Below the pieces are notes generated by a model. It saw nothing but the letters and a program-made list of their open reading frames with translations, was not told the DNA's origin and searched no databases. A DNA stretch of 64,000 nt from a virus, in IMG/VR virus record IMGVR_UViG_3300032770_000003, positions 96,001-160,000 of that record. One strand, written 5' to 3'. The stretch's first letter is position 1. Each line of letters starts with the position of its first letter. Shown here piece after piece: positions 37,222-46,459 of the stretch. The position numbers and the translations under genes are program-made.

Positions 37222-38328
37222 TCAGATCAGCAGCGACAACCGCCACTGCACGTATGCGCTGCTCCGTGCATCTATCCGATCGCGTAGTCGCTCAGCCAAC
37301 CACAACACCACACTCGTGTTGACGAGCGCGTCCCCCGCGTCGACCTTGACACTGTGTGTCTCATCAATTAAGTTGACAATTGAAATACGAGTCTCAGGAA
37401 ATGCTGACTTGATCCGCTCCACTGAGCGCACCGATTCCCGCGTGGCATCCGCATCCCAGCAAAAGATGATCTCCCCAGGTCGCAGCTCCCTGAGCAGCTC
37501 GACTTGAGCTTCCGAGATCGACTTGCCGAAAGTGCAGAGAGCCGGGGTGCCGTAGCGGAGAAACCCCAACGCATCGAATACGCCCTCCACCAGGACGACA
37601 GCACCGCCAGATCGGTAGCGTTCAAAGAAGCACGGTTCCAGTGGCCACAGCCAATCGTGAACGTTGGCGCTGGACAGATACTTGATCTCTTTACCAGCTA
37701 TGCGCCGGCCTTGCCAAGCAACATCTCGCTGACCCACCCGAATCGGAAAGACCAGCCACGGCCCCCTGACCTCGTTCACCTTGCCCGTGACCGGATTGAC
37801 CTTCCGAGCTGGCAGACGGAGAGCCGCTCCCAAGCGGAGAGCCCGGATCTCCGCATCTCTCAGTCCCCGTACTTGAGTCGCGTACTGGTAGACCTCCTGG
37901 CTCGTGAGGCCGGTGAAGGTTGCTGCGCCCGGCACCACCACCGCCTCAGGGGAGTAGATCCTGGTCTCGGACACCGGCTCAGCGAAGAGCGTAGCCAGCG
38001 TCTGCACCAGACCCGGATCACCAGAGATAGCCGGTAGGACGGTACTGAGTAGCTCGATCCGGATCGCGGTCTCGTGGCGATCCGAAACCGCAGCCATCAG
38101 CTCCGCTAGGTCAGGCGCCCAGCCGTCGGCGCGCTTGCGGCCCCAGTCGCACTTGTAGCAAATCCAACGCTTCTTCTCGACGTTGACGTAGAGCTTCCAG
38201 TCGTCAGCTCCGCACTTCGGGCAGACCTCGATTCGACGCTCGTCACCGCCACCATCCTTGAGCTGGACGTACTGCTCAAGCCACGCCTCAAGATCGAGAT
38301 CGTCGATCGCCTCCCGCAGAGTGGTCAC
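37222..38328 (-). CDS. DNA primase (Zn-finger + TOPRIM)
   Basis: CPKC..CYKC; WQGRRI; KYL; LVEGVFDA; WDAD. Confidence 0.85.
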   Translation of the reverse strand: MTTLREAIDDLDLEAWLEQYVQLKDGGGDERRIEVCPKCGADDWKLYVNVEKKRWICYKCDWGRKRADGWAPDLAELMAAVSDRHETAIRIELLSTVLPAISGDPGLVQTLATLFAEPVSETRIYSPEAVVVPGAATFTGLTSQEVYQYATQVRGLRDAEIRALRLGAALRLPARKVNPVTGKVNEVRGPWLVFPIRVGQRDVAWQGRRIAGKEIKYLSSANVHDWLWPLEPCFFERYRSGGAVVLVEGVFDALGFLRYGTPALCTFGKSISEAQVELLRELRPGEIIFCWDADATRESVRSVERIKSAFPETRISIVNLIDETHSVKVDAGDALVNTSVVLWLAERLRDRIDARSSAYVQWRLSLLI

Positions 38329-38736
38329 TTACCATTCTGCTTTGCGGGCGGTCTCTTCGAGCGCCTTCTGCAGCTCCTCTTCCTCTGAGAGTTTCTGCTG
38401 GTGGTCCTCCGGCGAGATCGACGATATCGCCGATGATCCAAGCAGTGACTGAACATCGAGAGCTGTCAAGACCGCACAGGGAAAGCTATTCGCTTCGATG
38501 CTGTAGCCTTTGTCGATCTTCTCCTGACGGAGCTTCTCATACGAGTTGAATGCTGACTCGAAGGTGTTGAATTTCAGAACCCTCGTCTGCAGAGAAGCAC
38601 TTCTCCGGCCCCACCCGATCCGAAGCTCCCAACCAGATGCGTGGGGATTCTTGGTAACGAACAGGGCGTAGTGCTTGTTGGACCTACCTGACACAAAGGT
38701 CAGGTAGGTCAACAACTCGTGGTGCGGTTGTGCCAT
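38329..38736 (-). CDS. WGR-domain protein
   Basis: SNKHY...IGWGR...KIDKGY. Confidence 0.7.
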   Translation of the reverse strand: MAQPHHELLTYLTFVSGRSNKHYALFVTKNPHASGWELRIGWGRRSASLQTRVLKFNTFESAFNSYEKLRQEKIDKGYSIEANSFPCAVLTALDVQSLLGSSAISSISPEDHQQKLSEEEELQKALEETARKAEW

Positions 38737-39437
38737 CAGAGAGCCCAGGCAGCGTTGACCCGCTTCAGGATCTCTTGACCGTTCGCCGAGATGAGTGCGT
38801 TTTCGACGTTGTCTTCCGCCTCGCGGATGATCTCCGCGATCTGCTTGGCCATCTCGCGCGCTTCCTCGCGGACCGTCTCCAGCGCCTTCCGCGCCTTCGG
38901 ATCCTGAAGCAGCTCCAGGGCCGGCTTCGTGGTCACGAGCATGTTCCGGACCTTCTTGACGTCGAATTCCTTCAGCGCGGTCTTGAGCGCCTCCGTGTTC
39001 TGATTCAGCGTCTCGCGAAGAGCCTCCACCCCGTCGCGGTTCGTCGGATCGACCGTGGTGCAGAGCACGCGGAACTTGATGTAGCAGTGCTTCGCGCCCG
39101 CGTTGAACTCGTCGACCATGCCTCGCGCTTCCTCGACGGCGGCGAGCAGCTGATCCTTGTTCGCCGCCGGACAGAGGTAGCCCAGCTCGGTGTAGAGGCA
39201 CTTCGACCGAATGCGAAACCGGGCGTTCGAGTACACCTGGTCTGCTTTCTTCGCCTCCTCCTTGTTCTTGAAGTGCCGCTGGCTCAGCCAGGTGGCATCT
39301 TCCGAACCGTCACGGTGCGTAACGACGTTTTCGTCCCGGCGGTAGTAGCTGACGCCGCGCTCGACGCTCAACTTCTCCGTCACCAGGATGCACGGGTTGA
39401 TTTTGAGATTGCTCTGTTTCCAAGTCACAGTTGCCAT
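38736..39437 (-). CDS. hypothetical protein
   Basis: GGAGG RBS downstream of a 20-bp motif copy. Confidence 0.65.
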   Translation of the reverse strand: MATVTWKQSNLKINPCILVTEKLSVERGVSYYRRDENVVTHRDGSEDATWLSQRHFKNKEEAKKADQVYSNARFRIRSKCLYTELGYLCPAANKDQLLAAVEEARGMVDEFNAGAKHCYIKFRVLCTTVDPTNRDGVEALRETLNQNTEALKTALKEFDVKKVRNMLVTTKPALELLQDPKARKALETVREEAREMAKQIAEIIREAEDNVENALISANGQEILKRVNAAWAL

Positions 39438-39481
39438 TTCGAACCTCCGGGGGAGAGGTCGATCCGCACAGAAGTTCAGTC

Positions 39482-40894
39482 TCAGGCTGAGACGATCTGG
39501 TGATCGAGCCACTCACGCACTGCACGCAGATCCTCATAGACCTGCGTTCGCGCCGATGGATTACGCGCTATGTAAGCTGGATGATACGATACCCGAGTAG
39601 GTCCGAACGCTGTGTTGTGCCAGATGCCCCGTAGGGATGACAGCGGTGCGGTACTGAGAGTAGGAGCCAAGAGCGCTGTGGTGGCGACTCGCCCGAGTGC
39701 CACGACAGTGAGCGGCCGCACCAACTCCAGCTGACGCTCAAAGTACGGACGGCACGCCGCCAGCTCCGCGGGTGCCGGCTGACGATTCCGGGGTGGCCTG
39801 CAGTTGGATACTAACATCCCATCTGCTATATACTGCCCGCTTCTGGTCTGCAAATTGTAAACATGACCACTAAACCACTTCCTTTCGATCTTCAGGATCT
39901 TAGCCAGCGCTACTTGCGTGGCGCTGGATTGGAACCTTTGTCCCGGGAAGTTCATATTGGGCAAGCTACGCTCAAGAAGTTGTTCCTGAAAGCCGGTGTC
40001 GCGGTACGAGACCGCTCCGCCGCTATGAAGACCCGGCTGCGCCAGATGACACAAGAGCAACGAAAGGAACTCACTGAAGCTGCGCACGCAGCTTGTCACG
40101 GCCGTGTACGCCCTCTCGAAGAATCTCAGCGAATTGCCGAAGCGCGTGCTCGCCGCTTTCAGGAAACAAAAAAGGTGGTCGGATCCTTCGAAGATCTCTT
40201 GGTCAGTTGGATCAGACAGCGCGGGATTACTGTGACCCCGCAACAGCCTGTAAGGGGTTACAACCTCGATATTGGCATGTCCCCCGTCGCCGTGGAAGTT
40301 CACGTGGCTGTCAACCATCCATTTGCGGATGCCGACATCCGACAGCGTACGAAAAAGTTGATCGAACTTGGTTGGAGCGTGCTCTATGTCTGGATCACCA
40401 AAGCCCACCCTCTTCAGCACAGGGTAGTGGATGAGATCATCGCCTTCCAACAGGCGCGAAAGAGGAAGCCGCCCTCTGCTGGAAAATACCGGGTGGTTCG
40501 GGGTTCCGGAGAGGTCACCCTTCTCCGTATGGACCTTGAGTAACGGCCCCTCATACCATCGTCGATAGATCTTCTCGATCCCTGAAGCACACACCACAGT
40601 AGCTCCAGGAAAACACATCACTGGGTTAAGGATGTAGACCTGTTCCCGGGTGTAGCCCATCCAGGCGATGAACTCGTCGAGAATCGCACCCGCCCGGCCC
40701 ACGAACGGAAGGCCCGACAGATCCTCGTTCTGTCCAGGCGCCTCACCAACGAACGCGACTGGCGGGCGAGCGACATTCCCAGTGCCGAATACGACCTTGG
40801 TCCGCCCGCCCGCCAGTGGACACTTCGTGCAAGTCGAAGCCTCAGACCGGAGCGCGACCAACGCATCGATCTGCGCCGGTGTGCCCGGTTCCAT
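39482..40894 (-). CDS. family-4 uracil-DNA glycosylase interrupted by an intein
   Basis: CTKCPL, VGEAPG, FVGRAG, CRPP, YHPAY. Confidence 0.9.
   Translation of the reverse strand: MEPGTPAQIDALVALRSEASTCTKCPLAGGRTKVVFGTGNVARPPVAFVGEAPGQNEDLSGLPFVGRAGAILDEFIAWMGYTREQVYILNPVMCFPGATVVCASGIEKIYRRWYEGPLLKVHTEKGDLSGTPNHPVFSSRGRLPLSRLLEGDDLIHYPVLKRVGFGDPDIEHAPTKFDQLFRTLSDVGIRKWMVDSHVNFHGDGGHANIEVVTPYRLLRGHSNPALSDPTDQEIFEGSDHLFCFLKAASTRFGNSLRFFERAYTAVTSCVRSFSEFLSLLLCHLAQPGLHSGGAVSYRDTGFQEQLLERSLPNMNFPGQRFQSSATQVALAKILKIERKWFSGHVYNLQTRSGQYIADGMLVSNCRPPRNRQPAPAELAACRPYFERQLELVRPLTVVALGRVATTALLAPTLSTAPLSSLRGIWHNTAFGPTRVSYHPAYIARNPSARTQVYEDLRAVREWLDHQIVSA
39803..40615 (-). mobile_element. intein (271 aa) in UDG, no sense-strand endonuclease
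   Basis: CFPGA start, GTPNHP, GHVYNL...GMLVSN|C end. Confidence 0.9.
39863..40543 (+). CDS. HTH + Vsr/DUF559-like PD-(D/E)xK endonuclease encoded antisense inside the intein
   Basis: RDRS; E.LL..WIRQRGI...Q.PVRGYNLDIG..PVAVE; LIELGWSVL; YRVVRGSGE; paralog of 11085. Confidence 0.8.
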   Translation: MTTKPLPFDLQDLSQRYLRGAGLEPLSREVHIGQATLKKLFLKAGVAVRDRSAAMKTRLRQMTQEQRKELTEAAHAACHGRVRPLEESQRIAEARARRFQETKKVVGSFEDLLVSWIRQRGITVTPQQPVRGYNLDIGMSPVAVEVHVAVNHPFADADIRQRTKKLIELGWSVLYVWITKAHPLQHRVVDEIIAFQQARKRKPPSAGKYRVVRGSGEVTLLRMDLE

Positions 40895-41397
40895 TACGCC
40901 GCTTTCTGCGCCTTGGCCTTCTTGGCACCCGGCGGGAAGTACTTCACCGCCCGCGCTTGGCCCTCCTTCATCATCTTGCCCTCGGCAAGCAGCTGCCGGA
41001 TCGGCAGGACCATCTCCTTAGTCGGCACACCCAGATTCTTGGACATCGATTCGGCACCCTGTCCAGGATTGGTGACGACCCACGAGAGGATCTTCGTGCG
41101 CAGCTTCGCCAGGTCATCGGCGGAGCGCTTGCCCCGTCCGTGCCCGTTCGCTGACTCCGACTTCGCTTCCTCGGGAACCGGTGTCAGCGACCGGCGAACC
41201 GCCCGCTTGCGCCGGTGTCCGTTGGCCTTCGGCGCCTCTTCTTCCTCGGATGGCTTGAGGAACGCCTTCAGCTCCAGCGTCCCCTCCAACTCTTGGTAGA
41301 CCTTCGGATGACTGGCGTCGAGCGCCGCTGCCAGCAACGCCTCGTCCAGGTTCTCGAAAGTCTGCTGTTTGTCGTTCAGCACCAGATACGTACTCAT
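40894..41397 (-). CDS. basic winged-helix nucleoid-type DNA-binding protein
   Basis: KRSADDL...NPGQGAE...LPIRQLLAEGK...GQARAVKYFP. Confidence 0.6.
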   Translation of the reverse strand: MSTYLVLNDKQQTFENLDEALLAAALDASHPKVYQELEGTLELKAFLKPSEEEEAPKANGHRRKRAVRRSLTPVPEEAKSESANGHGRGKRSADDLAKLRTKILSWVVTNPGQGAESMSKNLGVPTKEMVLPIRQLLAEGKMMKEGQARAVKYFPPGAKKAKAQKAA

Positions 41398-41399
41398 GT

Positions 41400-43508
41400 C
41401 TACCCTTTCTTGTGCCTGAGGCACTGGTCTATCTGATTCAGACCTTGACGAGGTAATTCGTCAAGCTTTTTCACTACCACAGTGTTCGAATATATGCCAG
41501 TGACTGCGTCGGTCTCGATTCCGATCACTACGAGTTCAACGAGCTTTTCTACCGCCCTGGCACAATCCGTAGCGTAGTTGACATGCGCTGCGTGGTCCTC
41601 ATCAAACCTCGGGAATCTCTGTCGACTATCGTCCACATCCCACACGGGCGCAACCGGCACCGGCTCCCCGTCGTTGAAGACGAAGAGGAGCTTGCGTTTC
41701 TCAGGCCGAGAGAGGAGCATCCGAGCGCCAAGCTTGACGGTCTCCCCATCGTAGGTGTTCGCCTTGAGGTTCTTAGGCATCTGCAGGAAGCGCGGCCCGG
41801 CCGCATACCAGGAATCGCCGAAGGACTTGTACTCCCCCAGCCAGAGATCCCCCCAGCGCTGATAGGTGGCCTGGACCTCGGGAGTCGTCGGCAGCTTGCG
41901 CCGGAACGCCACTTCGGGCTGAGAGGTTGACCAGCCGTAGCACGCGAAGGGAATCTTGAGCTGGTTGAACAGCTCGCCGAAGATGACGGCCGTCTGTGCG
42001 GCCAACAGGATCTTGCTCCCGTCCATCGACCCGGAGTGATCCACCAGCAGCAGTGCACAGGTATCGAACGCCTCGCCTGCGACCTGTGACCGAAACACGT
42101 CCTTGCCGGTGCCGTTCACGACCTTGTACAGTCGCCGGCCGTTGAGCTTCCCGCGGAACTTGCCTTCCTCCCAGCGGCTCTGGGTGCGCGCCATGAGCGC
42201 CCGCGTGAGCTTGAGCTTCATCGGGGCGACCATCGCGTTCGCCTGGTTCATGAAGCGGACGAACTCCGTGCGATCGCCCTCCTTGATCTTCTCGATGGTG
42301 TCACCCTCCGTCGTGAAGATCTGGTAAGCGTGGCTACCCTTGCGCGCCTCTTCGACCGCTTTCTGGAGCAGCTCACCACGATCCGGAGCTTGTTTTTGCT
42401 CCGCACGCACCTCTTCCTCAGAGGGATCGAAGTTTGGTGCTGGCGCTGGGGCGGGGGCCTGTGACGGGGGCGCCTGCTCTTCTTCCTGGGACTCTTCCTC
42501 GCCACCACTTCCCTCTTTCGCGCCTTCGTCTTCCTCGCCCTGCTCGGATCCTGTGGCCGCACCCGCGGGCGGAGAGTCGTCTTCCGACTCATCCTCCTGT
42601 TCCGCGTCCCCCCCGTCGGCCTCTCCATCACCCTGTTCAGAGTCGTCCTCTGATCCCTGCGGCGGGGCCGTCTCCGTCTCTTCCGTCTCCTCAGGATCAG
42701 AATCCTCAGACTGCGACTGTTGCGGTTGGGGCTGCGGTTGCTCCGGCTGCTCCGGCTGCTCGAACATCGCCTGTTCTTGCGGCGACGGGGGCGGCGGGGG
42801 CGGCTGGTTCGACTGCTGTTGCCGTGGCTGCTGCTGCGGCTGTTGCGGCTGTTGCTGAGGGGGCGGCGGCGGGGGCGGGGGTGGCGTCGTGTCCTTCAGC
42901 CGTTCGAGAAGGATCTCAGCAAGCTCCCGCACCTCACGGGTGCTCCGAGCTTCGAACCGCGCTCGGCGGAAGAGGTCTTCTCCGTCCCGCTGAAAGCGCG
43001 CGAGGATCTCAGGCTCGACCACCGTCTGCAGAAACCAGTGATCGTAGTTGAATCCCGTGGTCGCGTACGCGAGCCCGGTGTAGAGGAATTTCCCGAGTGC
43101 CGTGCGTGTCGCCCAGGCTTGCGCCGGATTCGCCGCGACCTTGCGCAGATCCCACTCTGCGGCAAAATCGAAGTTGGATTGCGCTCCGGGGTAGATGTCG
43201 ATCCACCTCTGCTCGATCCGCGGATCCTCCAGCGCGTTCAGCGCGAGGAAGAGCTTGGGCTTGCGCGCCAGCTCCTCCAGCATGTCGAAGTCGCTGTGGA
43301 CGCAATGAGACGCTTCGTGGTCCAGGTAACCCTGTGTCGCGCGCAGCAGCTCGTCGCTGGCATCGTCCGGGAGCAGCGGCAGATAGATCGTCTTGCCGTT
43401 GGTGCGAGGTTGTGCGTGCGTGAAGATGACCTTGAGCTTCCACTGCTCCACCAGGATGCGCGCCAGGCGTTCCAGCGATGACTCGACGATTCGAAGCTGC
43501 TGCGTCAT
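41400..43508 (-). CDS. CobT-like vWA domain protein
   Basis: DHEASH N-domain, acidic/Pro linker, LVDHSGSM MIDAS, NDGEP. Confidence 0.85.
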   Translation of the reverse strand: MTQQLRIVESSLERLARILVEQWKLKVIFTHAQPRTNGKTIYLPLLPDDASDELLRATQGYLDHEASHCVHSDFDMLEELARKPKLFLALNALEDPRIEQRWIDIYPGAQSNFDFAAEWDLRKVAANPAQAWATRTALGKFLYTGLAYATTGFNYDHWFLQTVVEPEILARFQRDGEDLFRRARFEARSTREVRELAEILLERLKDTTPPPPPPPPPQQQPQQPQQQPRQQQSNQPPPPPPSPQEQAMFEQPEQPEQPQPQPQQSQSEDSDPEETEETETAPPQGSEDDSEQGDGEADGGDAEQEDESEDDSPPAGAATGSEQGEEDEGAKEGSGGEEESQEEEQAPPSQAPAPAPAPNFDPSEEEVRAEQKQAPDRGELLQKAVEEARKGSHAYQIFTTEGDTIEKIKEGDRTEFVRFMNQANAMVAPMKLKLTRALMARTQSRWEEGKFRGKLNGRRLYKVVNGTGKDVFRSQVAGEAFDTCALLLVDHSGSMDGSKILLAAQTAVIFGELFNQLKIPFACYGWSTSQPEVAFRRKLPTTPEVQATYQRWGDLWLGEYKSFGDSWYAAGPRFLQMPKNLKANTYDGETVKLGARMLLSRPEKRKLLFVFNDGEPVPVAPVWDVDDSRQRFPRFDEDHAAHVNYATDCARAVEKLVELVVIGIETDAVTGIYSNTVVVKKLDELPRQGLNQIDQCLRHKKG

Positions 43509-43542
43509 TGTCCCCTCGACAGGAGGTCGATCCGCACAGAAG

Positions 43543-44364
43543 TCAAAATCGCCAGTGCGCGCGTATAGCCTTGGCCAGCTCGTGAGCTGCAAGCGAAGTG
43601 CGCACTGTGACACGGTAACTACAGGTCGCGTACTTCGACGCCACCTTCGCCGGTGTCGGAGTTGGAGGTTCGAGCTGGTGCAGATCCGCCTGCATGTAGC
43701 GAAACGTACCGAGTGCCGCTGAGATCTCAGTCAGCCGGTCTATCAGCTCGGGTACGATGCCAACGAAAGCGTATTTACCGGTGTCAAGCCAGAATCGAAC
43801 GATCACGAGTCCGTCACGCATCACACTGCAGTAGCTCGCAGTCAGAGCGAGCTGATACTGCCCGCGGTGCGCATACTGCGTTGCAAAATCACGCGCCGAC
43901 CACATCAGCGGCAGGACGGGCAGCTCCCCTAGCGTCCGCCGGAATTCAGCCAGGAACGAGTCGACGGCGCGACCCATAGGCACATACTCGCGCCTCGCGT
44001 ATTTATCGGTACCGGCCCAGCGGCTCTTTTTGGTGGCGGGCTTCTTTCCGTGCTTCGCGGGCGGGGACGATGGACGCGGCGGGGGCGGCAGCGGATCTTG
44101 TTTCAAGGGGACTACGAGCTGGGGACCGCTGGCCACAGCTACCGCCTCAGTGCGAAGCTTCCAGGCGCGTTCGCAGAAGCGCGCGAGACCACAGCTCGGT
44201 GCTTCGCCACAGGGCCCTTCGCCTTCGACCACGAAGAGACCAAAGCAATCAGTCTGATCAACCGTCGCCGTCTCCTCAGGACGCATCGAGCGCTTGATTA
44301 GCTTGACCACCGGGACTAGCCACGGGTCACGGGCCCATTCAACCTGCGGAAGCTCGTTGGACAT
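43543..44364 (-). CDS. hypothetical protein
   Basis: 273 aa; GAGG RBS. Confidence 0.6.
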   Translation of the reverse strand: MSNELPQVEWARDPWLVPVVKLIKRSMRPEETATVDQTDCFGLFVVEGEGPCGEAPSCGLARFCERAWKLRTEAVAVASGPQLVVPLKQDPLPPPPRPSSPPAKHGKKPATKKSRWAGTDKYARREYVPMGRAVDSFLAEFRRTLGELPVLPLMWSARDFATQYAHRGQYQLALTASYCSVMRDGLVIVRFWLDTGKYAFVGIVPELIDRLTEISAALGTFRYMQADLHQLEPPTPTPAKVASKYATCSYRVTVRTSLAAHELAKAIRAHWRF

Positions 44365-44660
44365 ACCTCTCGAACAAAACTATGACTCTAAACTTGACTT
44401 GTCAAGATAACGTGCTCTAGGTGCGAACGATCCAGAATCAGAGTTGACTTGTCAAGGTCTTTTCCGCTGTTGCCGTCGCATGTATTTGTCAGCCCAGTGG
44501 GCGGGCTTTGGCCTGCGCCGCAGCACTAGCTGACCCGAAAGGCTGCAGCGCGGTTCCCCGAACCAGTCAGGCGCGTCCCCCAGGTTGTGAACCGGAAACC
44601 GATGGTCATCTCGGATCGGTAGGACTGCGCTGCAGCGGCACGTCCGCCAGTGAAACGTCA

Positions 44661-44966
44661 TCAGCGCTGCACGGGCAGGTCGTCACGGTGGAGGTACGAG
44701 ATCGTGACTTCGCCCGTGTGGGGATCGGTGACGTCGGCGATCTGATACTCGCCATACAGCGCCGCCCGCCAGCGGAGCCGATCAAGCAACCTCTCCCGCG
44801 CATCGATGTCATGCACCGGCGCGAAGTCGCGCAGATCCTTGGGCCGAATCTCGGTCAGCACCACCGGGGTGGGCTCGACCCTGACCACCTCCAGCGAGCC
44901 TTGCTCCTGGAACACATCCTCGATTCGCGACGCGAACAGCTTCAAGAACTTCTGCAGGAATGCCAT
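44661..44966 (-). CDS. hypothetical protein
   Basis: AGGAGG RBS; starts MAFLQKF. Confidence 0.55.
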   Translation of the reverse strand: MAFLQKFLKLFASRIEDVFQEQGSLEVVRVEPTPVVLTEIRPKDLRDFAPVHDIDARERLLDRLRWRAALYGEYQIADVTDPHTGEVTISYLHRDDLPVQR

Positions 44967-45148
44967 TGTCAGAATCCTCCTTCGGTAGATTTGGGTTCGG
45001 CCTTGACATGTCAAGGCTTGGGGTGTTTAGATGAAGCACAGCGGCTAGGCAAGGCTCGGCCTGGATCGTTTCGGCTAGGTCAGGCTTGACTGGGTTCGGC
45101 AGGCATGGAAGCCGGGGTGGGGAGATGTGTCATCCACTCCCGGCTCTC

Positions 45149-45207
45149 TTCGCCCGAAAGGTCGATCCGCACAGATGTCTTTTGTGCGGATCGACCTTTC
45201 GGCGAAA
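45149..45207. repeat. inverted repeat made of two back-to-back copies of the 20-bp motif
   Basis: GAAAGGTCGATCCGCACA-gatgtcttt-TGTGCGGATCGACCTTTC. Confidence 0.85.
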
Positions 45208-45217
45208 GGACCGACCA

Positions 45218-45358
45218 ATGGCCAAAAAGACCAAATACAACCCTGAGAAACGTGCATGGCGCGGCCGTTCCTATAAAAACGGCGGCCGTCGCGTCAAAGA
45301 TCTGCGCGATGCAGGGAAGGCTTCAACAGCGCTGGCAGACGCCAAGCACTCAGGTTGA
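45218..45358 (+). CDS. small basic protein (46 aa)
   Basis: MAKKTKYNPEKRAW... with AAGGA RBS, just downstream of the plus-strand motif copy. Confidence 0.55.
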   Translation: MAKKTKYNPEKRAWRGRSYKNGGRRVKDLRDAGKASTALADAKHSG

Positions 45359-46114
45359 GATGTCAGATTCGCGCGGCGGTACGTAGGCGGTGTGGGCGCG
45401 CACTTGGTGGATCTCCGGCTTAGCGCGATTCGGCACAAAGACCGCCGCCGTCAGCCAGCCCCCAAAACAGCACCCCGTGTCAATGCCATAGCACTCGACG
45501 CCGTTGTCACGTACGTCAATGCGTACCGCGTGGCGGTCGTGGCGGATGTGCCCATACACCACGGACTGCGGCCCCACCCACCGCTCAGTCCAGTACACCG
45601 ACCCTGGAGGTAGCTCGTGGGGGTTCCCAGTGGACGCATAGGCGCCTGCCCCGTCCACCCAGCGACAGCGCAGGATCTGTCGGTAGTCCACCTGCTCTAG
45701 GGCTCGATTGGACGGTATGCCCCCGTGGGTCACCAGCCAGGGGCGCTCCATGTGGATGAACTGCAGCACGATGGGCAGGCGCGCCAACCACTGCCGATCG
45801 TCTGCAGACAGCGCTGCGTGCTGCGCGAGACGGGTAGCCGAACGTGGGCGCATGGGGTTCTTGTAGTGTGGGTCTTCCTGGCAGCGCGCCTCATGGCGTG
45901 CATAGCGCAGAGCCCACTCCTCATGATTACCCATCACCACCTCAGCCCCCACCTCCTGCATGAAGTGCACAACACCTACAGGATCGGGACCGCGATCGAT
46001 CAGGTCACCTACCGAGATCAGCCGGTCAGCGCCCGTACGAAACTGGAGCTGGTCTAGCAGCTCTCTCAGTTCGAGGAGACAACCGTGAATGTCACCGACG
46101 ACGATCGTTCTCAC
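45350..46114 (-). CDS. metallophosphoesterase (Ser/Thr phosphatase / PrpE-ApaH-like)
   Basis: GDIHG, GDLIDRG, GNHE, THGG, YGH, IDTGC. Confidence 0.88.
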   Translation of the reverse strand: MRTIVVGDIHGCLLELRELLDQLQFRTGADRLISVGDLIDRGPDPVGVVHFMQEVGAEVVMGNHEEWALRYARHEARCQEDPHYKNPMRPRSATRLAQHAALSADDRQWLARLPIVLQFIHMERPWLVTHGGIPSNRALEQVDYRQILRCRWVDGAGAYASTGNPHELPPGSVYWTERWVGPQSVVYGHIRHDRHAVRIDVRDNGVECYGIDTGCCFGGWLTAAVFVPNRAKPEIHQVRAHTAYVPPRESDIST

Positions 46115-46407
46115 GACACCTTGTCAGGTGCCGGCTCTGCTGGCGGATCCCCTGCCTCTGCTTCGTTCATGCGATCGATGTTCAGCATTGCTCGATTCCA
46201 CGCATGCATGCAAGCCTCTTGGAACGCTTGCACGGTCATGTGCTCGCCGATCGCCCTGCCCGCAACGGAGTCGAGATCAGCGAACAAAGCGTAACGATCA
46301 CCCCATTTCTTGTACCGGCAGCGCGAATCGCGGTGAGGGTCGTCGAACCCTGAGTAGACGGCGCCTTTTTTGACGACGGGAACCTTCGTCCGCTTCTTCG
46401 GAGGCAC
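46111..46407 (-). CDS. hypothetical protein
   Basis: GTGA coupling. Confidence 0.5.
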   Translation of the reverse strand: MPPKKRTKVPVVKKGAVYSGFDDPHRDSRCRYKKWGDRYALFADLDSVAGRAIGEHMTVQAFQEACMHAWNRAMLNIDRMNEAEAGDPPAEPAPDKVS

Positions 46408-46459
46408 GCTGTCACAATGCTCGCTAGAATTGACAAGTCAAGGAGTTCACTCCTGAAAG

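Noticed and set aside
38737-39201. N-terminal extension of the 290-aa ORF 38329-39201
   Set aside because: Overlaps the real gene 38736-39437 in another frame; the WGR protein most likely starts at 38736 (TGATG coupling)
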